Shown here: positions 7,909 through 17,694 of the stretch, piece after piece
Layout: every line of letters begins with the position of its first letter
Numbering within the stretch: the first letter of the stretch is position 1
Virus record (IMG/VR): IMGVR_UViG_3300049137_000157
Location: 32,001-96,000 of that record
Source of the DNA: a virus
Length of the DNA stretch: 64,000 nt
Strand: one strand, 5' to 3'
Notes under the pieces: model-generated
Database searches by the model: none
What the model was told of the DNA's origin: nothing
The model's input: the letters and a program-made list of their open reading frames with translations, nothing else
Translations under genes and position numbers: made by a program

Positions 7909-8267
7909 CGGGCACCACACCATTCTGGGAAGTTTCGCTTGATCTGCTCGTACTCCGCCCGGATCACGGACAGGACATCCCGTCCTTCCGGGAATTCAAA
8001 CCACTCGCCGCGAATGCGGTACCGGCCGAAGCTCTCGTGTAGCGCCCACTCCAGGTCGCGCCCGCCCGGGAAGGTCTCCAGGAGTTCGAGCGCGAAGGGT
8101 GAACCGGTCTGGAAGGAGGACAGCCGTTCCTCGGGAAATCCGTAACCGACCTTCACGGCACGGAACTCCGGCGAGCCGATCACGTAGACGCACGTCCTCT
8201 TCCGCCACTGTCGGTAGACCTGTCGGCGGCGTTTCTCCTCGTCGGCGACGACCTCTTCGGTCTTCAC
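7905..8267 (-). CDS. GIY-YIG-like T5orf172/Mug113 domain protein (120 aa)
   Basis: CVYVIG...AVKVGY...ERLSSFQTGSP...EWALHESF...RGEWF. Confidence 0.85.
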   Translation of the reverse strand: MKTEEVVADEEKRRRQVYRQWRKRTCVYVIGSPEFRAVKVGYGFPEERLSSFQTGSPFALELLETFPGGRDLEWALHESFGRYRIRGEWFEFPEGRDVLSVIRAEYEQIKRNFPEWCGAR

Positions 8268-8659
8268 CGGCCAGCCTCCGTACAGTCGCAGTCCTCGACG
8301 GTCGTCGCATCGCAGACGTGACTCCCGAGGGGACGGCCCGCGTCCGCGTGCAGCCGGTACCGGTTCACCATGTCGTTGATCTCGTGCCAGAACTTGCTGC
8401 TCTCGCCGTGACGGTCGTGACGGTCCCGCTGATCCTGGAGCCACTTGTCGACGGCGTCCCCGTGGACCGGCTGGAACGTGAGGCGCACACCGTATCGCTT
8501 CTTCCAGTTGTAGCGGACGAACAGGATCGCCCACCCCGGCATGGACGCGATGCGTTTCACCGGCTTCTTGAGGGGGGCCGCGAGCCCCACCTGCATCGTC
8601 TGGGGATTGACGCTTCCCCAGAGGGTGAGCTTGACGCCGGGCCAAACCGGGATCCTCAC
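8264..8659 (-). CDS. hypothetical protein (131 aa)
   Basis: GTG start overlapping the upstream stop; coupled run. Confidence 0.6.
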   Translation of the reverse strand: MRIPVWPGVKLTLWGSVNPQTMQVGLAAPLKKPVKRIASMPGWAILFVRYNWKKRYGVRLTFQPVHGDAVDKWLQDQRDRHDRHGESSKFWHEINDMVNRYRLHADAGRPLGSHVCDATTVEDCDCTEAGR

Positions 8660-8901
8660 GACGCCGCCCCCTGAGTGATCTGTCGGATGTACTCGGGATC
8701 GCACGTACAGCAGCGGGGCGAGCACTTGCACCCCGGACACGTCGGGGGGTTCAGGTCGCCCAGAGCCCGCAGGACTCGGATGGCTCGCGTCATCCCGCGA
8801 AGGAAGTCTGCACTCTCTCCGATGGAGGCATCCCTGTCCCGTTCCAGACTCTGGGCTGCCGTCTCCAGTACGAGGTGCACGTCGTTCGGGTCCAAGGTCA
8901 T
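8656..8901 (-). CDS. hypothetical protein with C-terminal Cys cluster (81 aa)
   Basis: GGAGAAGG RBS; CPGCKCSPRCCTC. Confidence 0.7.
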   Translation of the reverse strand: MTLDPNDVHLVLETAAQSLERDRDASIGESADFLRGMTRAIRVLRALGDLNPPTCPGCKCSPRCCTCDPEYIRQITQGAAS

Positions 8902-8972
8902 CGCCTTCTCCTCTCTGATCGCTGTGGATCATCTGCTTGCCTTGCCGTCAGGACTGACGTAGGGCCTTTGGG

Positions 8973-9356
8973 TCAGTTGACCCAGCGGCCGTCCTTGATG
9001 ACCTGTCGCCCGTCCTTCAGGGTGAGGTCGGTGATGAAGCTGGAGAGCTTCGTTCCGTCCAGAGCGCGCCGGTCGTAGTCGACGATCCACCACATCTCAC
9101 CGGGCTTGCCGTCGGTGTGGACACGGGTGGCGTAGGCGGGCTCCAGCAGCGAGGCCGCTTCACGCGCCCGAGATTCGGTCGGGAAGTGGATCCCTCCGCA
9201 GGAGTCGTTGATGCCGACCAGGAAGAGGTCGTAGAGGTCGAAGCCGCGCACGTCCAAGATGCTGAGAATCGGTTCGGTGGAGCCGACGGTGTACACGTTG
9301 CGCGGGTGGGTTCGGGTCCATCGGTTGGGCTTGAAGTTGTTCATGTCGATGGTCAT
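8973..9356 (-). CDS. hypothetical protein (127 aa)
   Basis: GGAG RBS; GC3-rich codon usage. Confidence 0.7.
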   Translation of the reverse strand: MTIDMNNFKPNRWTRTHPRNVYTVGSTEPILSILDVRGFDLYDLFLVGINDSCGGIHFPTESRAREAASLLEPAYATRVHTDGKPGEMWWIVDYDRRALDGTKLSSFITDLTLKDGRQVIKDGRWVN

Positions 9357-9502
9357 GAAGACTCCTGCATCGTCGAAGAGGGACTCCGCCCCTTGACGCA
9401 GGGGCGGAGTCCCAGGTTTTCGTTGCTGCCGATTCCGGCTTTTCGGGCCTCGGCCGACGAGGTGCGTTTCTTGCTGTTACATCAACCCCAGGCTTCCGCA
9501 GA

Positions 9503-9733
9503 TCAGGAGACCGCGCGGAGACGGGATCCTCCCTGGCGACGCCCGGACAGCAGGCTCTCGATGTCCTCCAGGGCGCTGTCGAGGGCGTTGATGTAGATCT
9601 CGCGGGCCTGCTCCCGCTCACCCTCGGGGAGCTTCTTGATGTCGGCGAGGAGCTTCGAGGAGCGAACCTCGATCTGCTCCGCCTGGGTGCTGGCCTCAGC
9701 GAAGCGGTCCATCCAGAACTGGGCACGGCTCAT
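9503..9733 (-). CDS. hypothetical helical protein (76 aa)
   Basis: CGGAAAGGAGGAG RBS. Confidence 0.7.
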   Translation of the reverse strand: MSRAQFWMDRFAEASTQAEQIEVRSSKLLADIKKLPEGEREQAREIYINALDSALEDIESLLSGRRQGGSRLRAVS

Positions 9734-9872
9734 GACCGTCACTCCTCCTTTCCGGAGCCGCTCCATGGCGGCTCTGCATGCCTTCAGACGGCATGTTCTT
9801 TTCCTGTCGGTACAGCAGAGGGGGCGCGGAAGGGTTGAGTAACTTCCGCGCCCCCTCTAGGAGTTCAGCCTA

Positions 9873-10145
9873 TCAGGTGGCCTGGGCCATGTCACGAGAG
9901 ACAGGGTTCTGCGAGGCCAGCCGGTTCGCCAAGTAAGCCTGCTCCGCCCAGTCCTCTCCTTCGCAGGCACCTTCGAGCACGTGCCGTCGCACCAGGCTCT
10001 TCACCGCTTCCGGTTCGGAGCCTCGCGCGATGGAGGAGATGGCGAGAGCCCCGAGCATCAGCAGCACTTCTGTCGGGGCACCCGGGTACTCATGCCTGAG
10101 CCAGGACACCAACTGCTCCGTCGTCCATGAGCGCGGCATCGACAT
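9873..10145 (-). CDS. hypothetical protein (~90 aa)
   Basis: follows and overlaps the primase stop; start uncertain. Confidence 0.55.
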   Translation of the reverse strand: MSMPRSWTTEQLVSWLRHEYPGAPTEVLLMLGALAISSIARGSEPEAVKSLVRRHVLEGACEGEDWAEQAYLANRLASQNPVSRDMAQAT

Positions 10146-11643
10146 CCTCCTGGGTCACTTCCTGGATGGTGTCCGGAACCTTCTTCCCCTGCGCCACGAC
10201 GGCCGGGCGCAGAGCCCGGACGTTGCTCTCGTTCTTCTTCTCTTCCCGGACTTCCTGGATCACGTCTCCGCCGAAGACGTCTGCCGTCTCCTCACCGAAG
10301 GATTCGTTCATCCCGGCGAGTCGGCCGGACAGCCACTCCACGCGAACCGACAGCTCCTGGAGCATGCGCTCCAGGTCCACCTGGTCATCGAGACACTTAC
10401 CCGCTGTACGGGTGAGCATCATCTTAATTTCCCTGCGGAACTGTCGTCGATGTACGAGACCGGCCGCCTTGTCCACCTTGGAGATGTCGCTGAACTTGAC
10501 CTTTGGGTTGTTCAGCTTCACCACCAAGGGGCGGAGCTGTTCCGCATCTTTACCCATGTGGGTCAGTTCAGACAAGACCGTCTCGACCGTGGGGGTGACC
10601 CACCTCTTGAGGAGCTTGACGAGCGCGGTGGCCACGTCTCGCAGCTCCTGACTCGTGCGGATGTCCTGCGGGTCCATCCCCGGGTTGTAGCTGTACTGGA
10701 GGATCGACGCGACCAGGCTTCGCTCCACCTCCGCCTCGCCGTAGTCGGGGAAGACCACCGGCTTGCGCCGCTCCTCCTCGGGGATCCGGAGAATCATCTC
10801 GGGACTGCGCTTCACCTGCTCGACGGGCACGTCCTCGAAGTCCTCGGGGGTGAAGCCGTGGTCGTAGTGGTCCGAAAGGTCCGCCTTGTGGTGCGCCAGC
10901 GGAGTGCAGACGATACGCACAGGACACGACAGCTTGCTGATGTCCTTGTACACCGTCTGTCCGAACTGGAGGCCCGCGTTGTCCCGGTCGATGACCACGA
11001 TGATCTCGCTGGCACCGTGGAGGTACTTGGTGAAGCTCCTCCGCCACGTCTTGCAGTTGGTGCTCGTCTCGCCGATCTCCGCGATGTTGCGGTCGGCGTC
11101 CTTCTCGCCTTCCACAATCCAGATGCGCCTGTTTTCGCGGGCCGCGCGGAGGACGTCAGGCAGGTGGTACAGGGTGCGTTCGACAGGTCCAAGAGACCAC
11201 CTTTTTCCGTACCGGGCAGTAGGGTCCGGACGGTAGTAGGAAAAGCCCCTGGGGCAGCCGTCGTTTTTCCGGGAACAGCGGACAACCGTGTAGATCCATT
11301 GCCCGTTCTCGTCGGAGTAGGTGTACTCCCGCTCCTTGTAGCCGGTGCACCCTTCCTTGTGGCACGGCATCCATCCGTCGGTGTCGTCACCTTTGCGGGT
11401 GGTGCGGTGCTCGCTGTCGAAAAGATCATTCATGCGCAGGTCAAGCGCCTCGACGACATGTTCCGTCTCGCAGCCGACCCAGCACTTGACCGTTGCACCC
11501 TTGTCGCCTTGGCGAACGCTGACGGACGGCTTCGTGTCGTTGTGCACCGGACACTGCATCTTGTAGTGAGCGCCTTCGGGCTTCACCTGAAGTCCGTGCT
11601 TCTGCGCCGCGTTGAGGACCTTTTCCACGGCCTCTCCGGCCAT
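10090..11643 (-). CDS. DNA primase (Zn-binding domain, TOPRIM, helical C-terminus; 517 aa)
   Basis: CPVHND...CWVGC zinc domain; IWIVEGEKDAD and VVIDRDNAG TOPRIM motifs. Confidence 0.9.
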   Translation of the reverse strand: MAGEAVEKVLNAAQKHGLQVKPEGAHYKMQCPVHNDTKPSVSVRQGDKGATVKCWVGCETEHVVEALDLRMNDLFDSEHRTTRKGDDTDGWMPCHKEGCTGYKEREYTYSDENGQWIYTVVRCSRKNDGCPRGFSYYRPDPTARYGKRWSLGPVERTLYHLPDVLRAARENRRIWIVEGEKDADRNIAEIGETSTNCKTWRRSFTKYLHGASEIIVVIDRDNAGLQFGQTVYKDISKLSCPVRIVCTPLAHHKADLSDHYDHGFTPEDFEDVPVEQVKRSPEMILRIPEEERRKPVVFPDYGEAEVERSLVASILQYSYNPGMDPQDIRTSQELRDVATALVKLLKRWVTPTVETVLSELTHMGKDAEQLRPLVVKLNNPKVKFSDISKVDKAAGLVHRRQFRREIKMMLTRTAGKCLDDQVDLERMLQELSVRVEWLSGRLAGMNESFGEETADVFGGDVIQEVREEKKNESNVRALRPAVVAQGKKVPDTIQEVTQEDVDAALMDDGAVGVLAQA

Positions 11644-11711
11644 GTTCACCCTCCCTCGTTCCCCCAAAAATGACGTCCCGTCAACTCCCCATTGGCGGGA
11701 GGCAGATTTGG

Positions 11712-12200
11712 TTAGTCTGCCATGGGATCCGCTTCGTTGTTAGACGTTCGTGATGCCTTCACGGTTGTACCGTCCGGCAGTCGAATCTCTTCCCGCCCCA
11801 CGGCTATCACCGAGGTCATGCCGGGCATGGCCACCGTGACGACGGGGACGGAGTAGCCGGTCGCGATCCGTGTCGCCACCCACTTGTCGTAACCGCTGAC
11901 GCAGACGAGATCCGCGTGTTCGGCGTACCTTTCGCCCGTTCCGTTGCACGGGGCGAGAAGGCTCAGGTTCCGGAGTTCGGTCTCCGAGTCCAGGAGCCTG
12001 AGGCATGCCGTCCAGATGGGGTCCTTGTCGCGTTCCCCCTGGATGAGCAGGAGGGTGCGGAGCTGGGACGTGGCCGCCCCGAGCAAGGTCTGGGCGATGT
12101 GGTCGACGGCGCTTCCGCCGTCGCCGACGTAGCCGTACACCCGGCCTGGTTCAAAGCCGAAGGCAGGGTGGGCCACGCTGATGGGCCCAGCCTTGATCAT
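11712..12200 (-). CDS. hypothetical protein, possibly a degenerate RecA/DnaB-fold fragment (162 aa)
   Basis: GFEPGRVYGYVGDGGSAVDHIAQTLL sits where a Walker A would be but lacks GKT; own promoter TTGGAA-18-TACCGT with an operator variant. Confidence 0.6.
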   Translation of the reverse strand: MIKAGPISVAHPAFGFEPGRVYGYVGDGGSAVDHIAQTLLGAATSQLRTLLLIQGERDKDPIWTACLRLLDSETELRNLSLLAPCNGTGERYAEHADLVCVSGYDKWVATRIATGYSVPVVTVAMPGMTSVIAVGREEIRLPDGTTVKASRTSNNEADPMAD

Positions 12201-12437
12201 TTCTTCTCCTTTCCGCGTGTTCCCGCAAGAACACGGTACTGCATGACCTAGGCCAGTTCCAAGGGTGTCGGAGTGTCTGGCCACATGTGGACGGCCCTGT
12301 CCGATTGGTCCTCTCAGACAAGACGGCAGGCGGCCCCCGGACATACACGTCAGCATCCGGAGACCGCCCCGCAGAGATCCCACGGGCCACAGGCTAACAT
12401 CCGGAGCATGTCTGGATGTTGACCGGCAAGACGTGAA

Positions 12438-13127
12438 TCAGAAGAGGGTCTTCCGTCCGTCGAACCGACGAACCGATCGAATGATGACCTCGCCTTGCCC
12501 GACCGCATACTCCACCACGACTCCGAGGGTGACCTGGACGATCCGTTCCTGGTCCGCACCTGCCCGCAGGGGCTGGGACGGGGCGGCGTACGGGTTGTTC
12601 CCGAGTACCGCAGCGGCCTGATCCACCGTCCGCCGTCGGTCGGCATCGAGTTCATCGCGCGCCGCAGCAGCCTCTTCAGACCACTCCACCTGATACCTCG
12701 ACCCGGGAATCTCATCCGCCTGTTCACCCGAACGGATTACCCGATCACCATCTCGCCAGGTCACCGGCTCGCCATCCGGGGTCAGCCCCATGTGAGCGCC
12801 GTGTCCCGGACGTTCAGGCAGGGTGCACATCACACTGGCGAGCCACCCGTTCCTGTTGACGGTCACCTGCCTGCCACACCCTCCGAGTTCGGGCACCTGA
12901 AGGGTGACGATCTGGTATTCGCCATGCCGGATCCGCGTCAGGTACCCGTCGTCCAGCATCCGTTTGTACCAATAGGAGACGTTGGCCGTGCTGGTGTTGA
13001 GCGCCTCGGCGACCTCCACCTGCCCCGGAGCCGAGAAGCCCGGCTCGTACCCCATGGACCGCAGTAGCTCCAGCACCGGTCGGTACACCGGCCTGTCGCT
13101 GGATTCGCGCTTCCGCCCCGTCACCAC
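12438..13127 (-). CDS. winged-HTH protein with RelE/ParE-like C-terminal domain (229 aa)
   Basis: QVEVAEALNTSTANVSYWYKRMLDDGYLTR HTH; C-terminal YQVEWSEEAAAARDEL...NPY...VVEYAV resembles the RelE fold. Confidence 0.6.
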   Translation of the reverse strand: MVTGRKRESSDRPVYRPVLELLRSMGYEPGFSAPGQVEVAEALNTSTANVSYWYKRMLDDGYLTRIRHGEYQIVTLQVPELGGCGRQVTVNRNGWLASVMCTLPERPGHGAHMGLTPDGEPVTWRDGDRVIRSGEQADEIPGSRYQVEWSEEAAAARDELDADRRRTVDQAAAVLGNNPYAAPSQPLRAGADQERIVQVTLGVVVEYAVGQGEVIIRSVRRFDGRKTLF

Positions 13128-13216
13128 CCCTCCCTTCCCGTCGTCCTGTCCTTGTCCGGCATCGGCATCCTTTCGTCCGGTGAACGGGTCCCCGCAAGGT
13201 CTTTTTCACAGGCTCG

Positions 13217-13648
13217 TCAGAACCGGGCCCCGTCCACGATCTCGGCGTCCGTGGCGGCGAGCATCTTCTTCCTCACGCTCTCCACCTGGGGCATATCTGA
13301 TATCCGGAAGCGTCGAGGAAGATCGAGAACCGCTTCCTCCCCTCGCTGGAGAAGCCCGAGGATCCGCTTGAGGCAGTGGCCCACGTAGACCAGCTTGGCC
13401 GCCTCCCAGGTCCAGATCTCGAACATGTCCCGAACGTGCTCACGCCGCATTCCGAGGTGCGCCGTCTTCAGCCGCACCCGGGCCCGGTCCGCCTTCTCCT
13501 TCGCCTCGTGGTACTTGGACCCGACCCACTCCAGCTCCCGGCGGACGAGGTCTTCCTCGCCGGGGGAGAGCACGAGTAACTCCCCCGGAGCGACGAGACG
13601 ACCGAGAGGCCCGAGATCGTCAGCCACCAGGAATTCTCCTCGTATCAC
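13217..13648 (-). CDS. hypothetical protein (143 aa)
   Basis: 4-bp overlap with the dnaB stop. Confidence 0.7.
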   Translation of the reverse strand: MIRGEFLVADDLGPLGRLVAPGELLVLSPGEEDLVRRELEWVGSKYHEAKEKADRARVRLKTAHLGMRREHVRDMFEIWTWEAAKLVYVGHCLKRILGLLQRGEEAVLDLPRRFRISDMPQVESVRKKMLAATDAEIVDGARF

Positions 13649-15036
13649 TTCGCCATCACCGGCCCGTTGTTGGTGCCCGAGTAGGAGAAGCTCGCGCTCG
13701 GCGGCAGGAACCGCTGGCGCGGACCGTCGAACTTCAGCGGAACATCCGCGAGACGGCCGCTCCGGTTCTTCGTGACGATCAGCTCGGCGTTGTGGTCGGT
13801 GGCCTCTTCGGACTCACCCAGCAGCCTGCGGATCATGATGATCAACCAAGCCGCGTTCTCGATCTTCGTGCCGTTGAGCAGGTCCGTGTTCTGCGGAACC
13901 GAGTCCTCCTGGCCCGCCGGGGGCTTCTTGAGCTGCGAGCCCACCATGACGTGGACGTTGAGCTTGAGCGCCGCCTCGTTGAGCGTGGTGATGACCTCCT
14001 GCATCCGCTGGTTGTCATCGGCCCGGTCATTGTCCGACCGGATCGCCTGCGCGTAGTCGACGATCACGAGCTGGACGCCCAGCTCCCGCACGGCCCGCTG
14101 GGCCCGCAGGTGGATCTCACTGGCCGAAGCTCCGGGGATGTAGGACACGTAGTACGGCACGTCGTCCTGCCGGGCGGCCCACGCGGTGGCCCGCTCCAGC
14201 TCCGCATCCGTGAGGGTGTTCTCCTCCAGGTGCTTCAGCGGGATGTTGCACTCCGAGGCGACCGCCTTGTGGGTCATCGACTCCCGGTTCATCTCCAGAC
14301 TGAAGAAGATCGTCGGGATGCCGAGCACCACGGAGGCGAAGCGGGCGATCTGCGACATCAGCGTGGTCTTGCCGTGACCCGAGCGGGCTCCCACGGCAGA
14401 GAGTGCCCCGAGCTTCAGCCCCCCAATGATCTCGTCAAGATCGTCGAGACCCGTCCGGATCCGGACGCCGGGTTCGGTGATGCCGAAGACGGTGCCGAGT
14501 CCCTCCATCACCAGCTTGGATCCGCCGTACGGCGCTCCGTCCTCGGACACCCCGACGTCTGCGGCCTTCGTGACCAGATCGGACGCCTCGGCGATAGCGT
14601 CGTCCGTGGGCTTCTCGCCGGACTCCACCAGGATCTGGGCGTCCCTCAGGGCTTCGCTGACCATGCGCCTACGGGCCATGTCCCGGATGATCCTGGCGGA
14701 GGCGATGACCTGGGCGGGGTTGATCACCATGCCATTGAGGTCGTACAGGTGGTCCAGCACCTCGTCGGTGGCGTCGCCGACCTCGTTGAGCTGCTCATGG
14801 ACCAGTTCCAGACGGCAGGATTCCTCGACCGCGACGGCCCTGAGGATCGCCTCAAAGATGATCTTGTTGGTCTGCTTCGTGAAGGCGTCCCGGCCGACGT
14901 CGAGAAGGCTCTCGAAAACCTCGGGGCCGACGTCGAGCGTGCGGCCCGAAGTGTTGATGAGCCCGGCGAGGACATTGTCCTCCGCCCCCTGGTTGATCAG
15001 GGGGATCCGGCGCTCCATCTTCAGGACTTCACCCAT
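13645..15036 (-). CDS. dnaB: replicative DNA helicase (463 aa)
   Basis: N-domain AEDNVLAGL; Walker A GARSGHGKT; FFSLEM, VIVDYAQ, SQL, KNRSG motifs. Confidence 0.93.
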   Translation of the reverse strand: MGEVLKMERRIPLINQGAEDNVLAGLINTSGRTLDVGPEVFESLLDVGRDAFTKQTNKIIFEAILRAVAVEESCRLELVHEQLNEVGDATDEVLDHLYDLNGMVINPAQVIASARIIRDMARRRMVSEALRDAQILVESGEKPTDDAIAEASDLVTKAADVGVSEDGAPYGGSKLVMEGLGTVFGITEPGVRIRTGLDDLDEIIGGLKLGALSAVGARSGHGKTTLMSQIARFASVVLGIPTIFFSLEMNRESMTHKAVASECNIPLKHLEENTLTDAELERATAWAARQDDVPYYVSYIPGASASEIHLRAQRAVRELGVQLVIVDYAQAIRSDNDRADDNQRMQEVITTLNEAALKLNVHVMVGSQLKKPPAGQEDSVPQNTDLLNGTKIENAAWLIIMIRRLLGESEEATDHNAELIVTKNRSGRLADVPLKFDGPRQRFLPPSASFSYSGTNNGPVMAK

Positions 15037-15061
15037 CTCTTTTCCTTTCCGGAGTAACGCG

Positions 15062-16102
15062 TTACGGACGCTGGAGGAGCTTCAGAGCCTGCTGCGACAG
15101 ACCAGAAGCAGCACCCGCCTTGGGCAGGATCGGGGCCGACTGAGGTCGCTTCCGATCCGTCCGAGGCAGATCCCCGTGGAGAGAGTAGTTCTCCAGTCCG
15201 ACAGTCAATTCATCGTCCCGCTGTCGCTTCTTCTCCGTCCTGACCTGGGGCGCATCCTGCTGCTCCAGTTGCGGGACAACCGTCTTGCACAAGAAGAGGT
15301 GAGGGACGTTGATCCGGGGCGTGACCCTCGACGTCATGTGCTCGACCAGGTCGCGAACGCTCCACCCCTTGCGGAGCAGACCTGCCGAGGCGAGAGCGAC
15401 TTCCTGCGCATGTCCGTAGAGCAGCGGTCGCTTGTTGTCCGCCATCTTCTGCATCAGAGCGGTCGTCAGCTCGTTGACCGGGGTCGTCAGCTCCTCGGCA
15501 GAAACTGCCTCCGGGGGCTCTTCGTGCCGAATCTCTTCCAAGGTCTCCCCACGCGGAGAGGGCATCTCCACGTCCTGGATCTTCGGCCGCTCCGTGAAAG
15601 TCTTCATGCCGCCCCAGGGGTCCGTGGGGACCTCCGCCTGCGGAGCGTCCATGTCGTCGGGCCAGGTGTCTTCGATCTCGTCGACCTCGGGCTTCGACAT
15701 CTTCGCGCCGTCCGGCAGGACCGGCGTGTAACCGCCGTCGCGGTGCTTGTCGTCCCGGTAGCACATGCCCTTCTCGCCCTTGAAGTCCTTCGGCGGTTCG
15801 AGGACGAACTCGTAGATGCCGGGACGTCCCCGCCCACCGAGAATCCGGCGGAGCAGGCCGAGCTTCACCAACTCCTTCAGTCCCTCGGAGATCCAGGCGT
15901 TGGATCCGAGTTCCGGACGGCGCTCGGCCAGACGCAGGGCGTTCACGGAGAAGGCGTGCTCGGGGATGCCCTGAGCGTTGTGCCGAGTCCGCGCCCGGAG
16001 AACGAGGTAGAGGCGGAGCGCGTTGCCGGACAGACCCGGGGTGTCGATGACCCAGTGCGGGATACCGGCAAAGGGGTAAGGACGCCTGGTGTTACGACGC
16101 AT
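15062..16102 (-). CDS. phage/plasmid replication initiator-like protein with N-terminal wHTH (346 aa)
   Basis: FAGIPHWVIDTPGLSGNALRLYLVL...ISEGLKELVKLGLL; directly upstream of dnaB. Confidence 0.72.
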   Translation of the reverse strand: MRRNTRRPYPFAGIPHWVIDTPGLSGNALRLYLVLRARTRHNAQGIPEHAFSVNALRLAERRPELGSNAWISEGLKELVKLGLLRRILGGRGRPGIYEFVLEPPKDFKGEKGMCYRDDKHRDGGYTPVLPDGAKMSKPEVDEIEDTWPDDMDAPQAEVPTDPWGGMKTFTERPKIQDVEMPSPRGETLEEIRHEEPPEAVSAEELTTPVNELTTALMQKMADNKRPLLYGHAQEVALASAGLLRKGWSVRDLVEHMTSRVTPRINVPHLFLCKTVVPQLEQQDAPQVRTEKKRQRDDELTVGLENYSLHGDLPRTDRKRPQSAPILPKAGAASGLSQQALKLLQRP

Positions 16103-16262
16103 TTTTGTGTAATCTCCTTTGCGGATAGTGGGTTTTCGTTCTGATGGCACTTGCTCCGCTTCGTGGGGAGGCGGACGCCAGGACCGAAAACAGGTCACGA
16201 GGGTTCGAGTGGCGCTCGAACTTCTTGAAGGGCTCCCGTGGGGACGGGGGCCCTTCTGCTTT

Positions 16263-16682
16263 TCACGCAGGGATGGGCAGGTTCTCCACACCCTGGAGTT
16301 CGGGGACGTCGCTGCGGTCGAGTCGTCCCGCCAGGACATCCCGGATGCGTGGGGGGTACGTCTCCCACTGGATTCGCAGGGAGTTGTCGCGGTGCCGTCG
16401 GAGCAGCGTCAGCGCTCCGACCCGCAGGAGTTCGTTCATCAGGTAGCCGGGCTGCTTGACCCCCGTGACGCCGATCGCCCACTCCGGAGTGATGGTCACT
16501 TCCCAGCCCTGCCGGTCGCTGCGCAGGTCCCCGCTGCGGAACGACTCCCTCACCACATGGACGAAGAGCTTCGTCGCGCCCGGCGAGAGATCGAGGTCGA
16601 AGAGCCAGCGCGGAATCTCCACGAAGCCCCCGAAGTAGTCCATCTCGTGACCGCTCAAGGGCATACGGATCTTGGTCGTCAT
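16263..16682 (-). CDS. wHTH initiator-like paralogue (139 aa)
   Basis: FVEIPRWLFDLDLSPGATKLF...LMNELLRVGAL; CGGAAAGGAGAAGG RBS. Confidence 0.7.
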   Translation of the reverse strand: MTTKIRMPLSGHEMDYFGGFVEIPRWLFDLDLSPGATKLFVHVVRESFRSGDLRSDRQGWEVTITPEWAIGVTGVKQPGYLMNELLRVGALTLLRRHRDNSLRIQWETYPPRIRDVLAGRLDRSDVPELQGVENLPIPA

Positions 16683-16820
16683 GCCTTCTCCTTTCCGGTG
16701 CCTCGACTGTACTAGGCCACTTTGCCATCTGTACAGCGGCACCGCTGAAGTTTCGCGGACCGATTGAACCCACCCGCCGTCCGGGTGCCGACCGATGTCC
16801 GCTTTGGCAGGACACGCTCC

Positions 16821-16945
16821 CTTTTGCCTTCCCTAGAAAATGCCCGTTTCGTACCGGTTCAAGTTTCAAGTCTGGTTGAACCGGTTTCAACTCAACTTGA
16901 AAATGTTTCCACCCCAGTTGAAAGGCAAAAGCCTCTGACCTGCGG
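16821..16945. other. AT-rich nested inverted repeats, replication origin candidate
   Basis: CTTTTGCCTT/AAGGCAAAAG (16821/16922) flank ACCGGTTCAA/TTGAACCGGT (16853/16876) and several TTCAA/TTGAA units; upstream of the rep-dnaB-primase run. Confidence 0.5.
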
Positions 16946-17694
16946 AAATGGGGCCCCGCAGCCACCAACAAGTAAAAGAACTATATGTTGGCCGCTTCGG
17001 CCAAGCCACGACTTCGTCGCGTCTCGTCCTTCGCTCCGGACCTTCCGGTCCCCTACGGCGGCCAGCCGCCATCCCGGATGGGCTTCGCCCACCGGGCTGT
17101 CACCTGTCCACCTTCAGGAACCTCCAGGTCTTTCTCTTGAACCCGCGCGTGCGCACAAGGATCAGCCCCTGCTGATGTGATCGAAGATCAACTCCTCCCC
17201 CTCCAGCCGTGATCGCTTCGCGATCACTCCGTTTTTCGCGCGCGCGAGGCTCTCGCCGGGGAGGGAGGAAGAGGATTTGGATCTTCGATCCGGACAACCC
17301 CGGGCCATCGCGTCGGCCGGGCCCCGTGGTCGGGTGCGGGACTGCTGCGGCCTACCGGGGCCAGGGTCCGGTCCTCGCCTCCGGGTCCCACGGGGATCTC
17401 TGAGCGGCCTTCTCCGGGCTTCCCGGCCCATTCGGGTCCCCGAGTCCGGGCTGGACCCTCACAGGGCCTCTCGGGGCTTTCTGGCGGACCGCCGTCACGG
17501 GACCCCCGCCGGACACCACGCCTGCGCACCCTCGGGTTCCGACCCGGGCCCGACGACCCCGGTGTTCGCCTCGTCGCGGTCCAGCCGTCGTCCGGGGCAC
17601 CTCAAGGGAAAGACAACGAAAGGAGGAAAAAGGGGGACCTTCGGTTCCGCTTGAATGTTCGGCTCACCACCGGCTTTTGTGACAGAGTCGGTCC

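Noticed and set aside
7905-8267. Mobile homing endonuclease or intron
   Set aside because: Short T5orf172-type domain in a normally coupled gene run; no interrupted host gene
16764-17180. 138-aa ORF across the origin candidate
   Set aside because: TTG start, no RBS, AT-rich repeat-driven sequence; treated as non-coding, though a decayed rep fragment is not excluded
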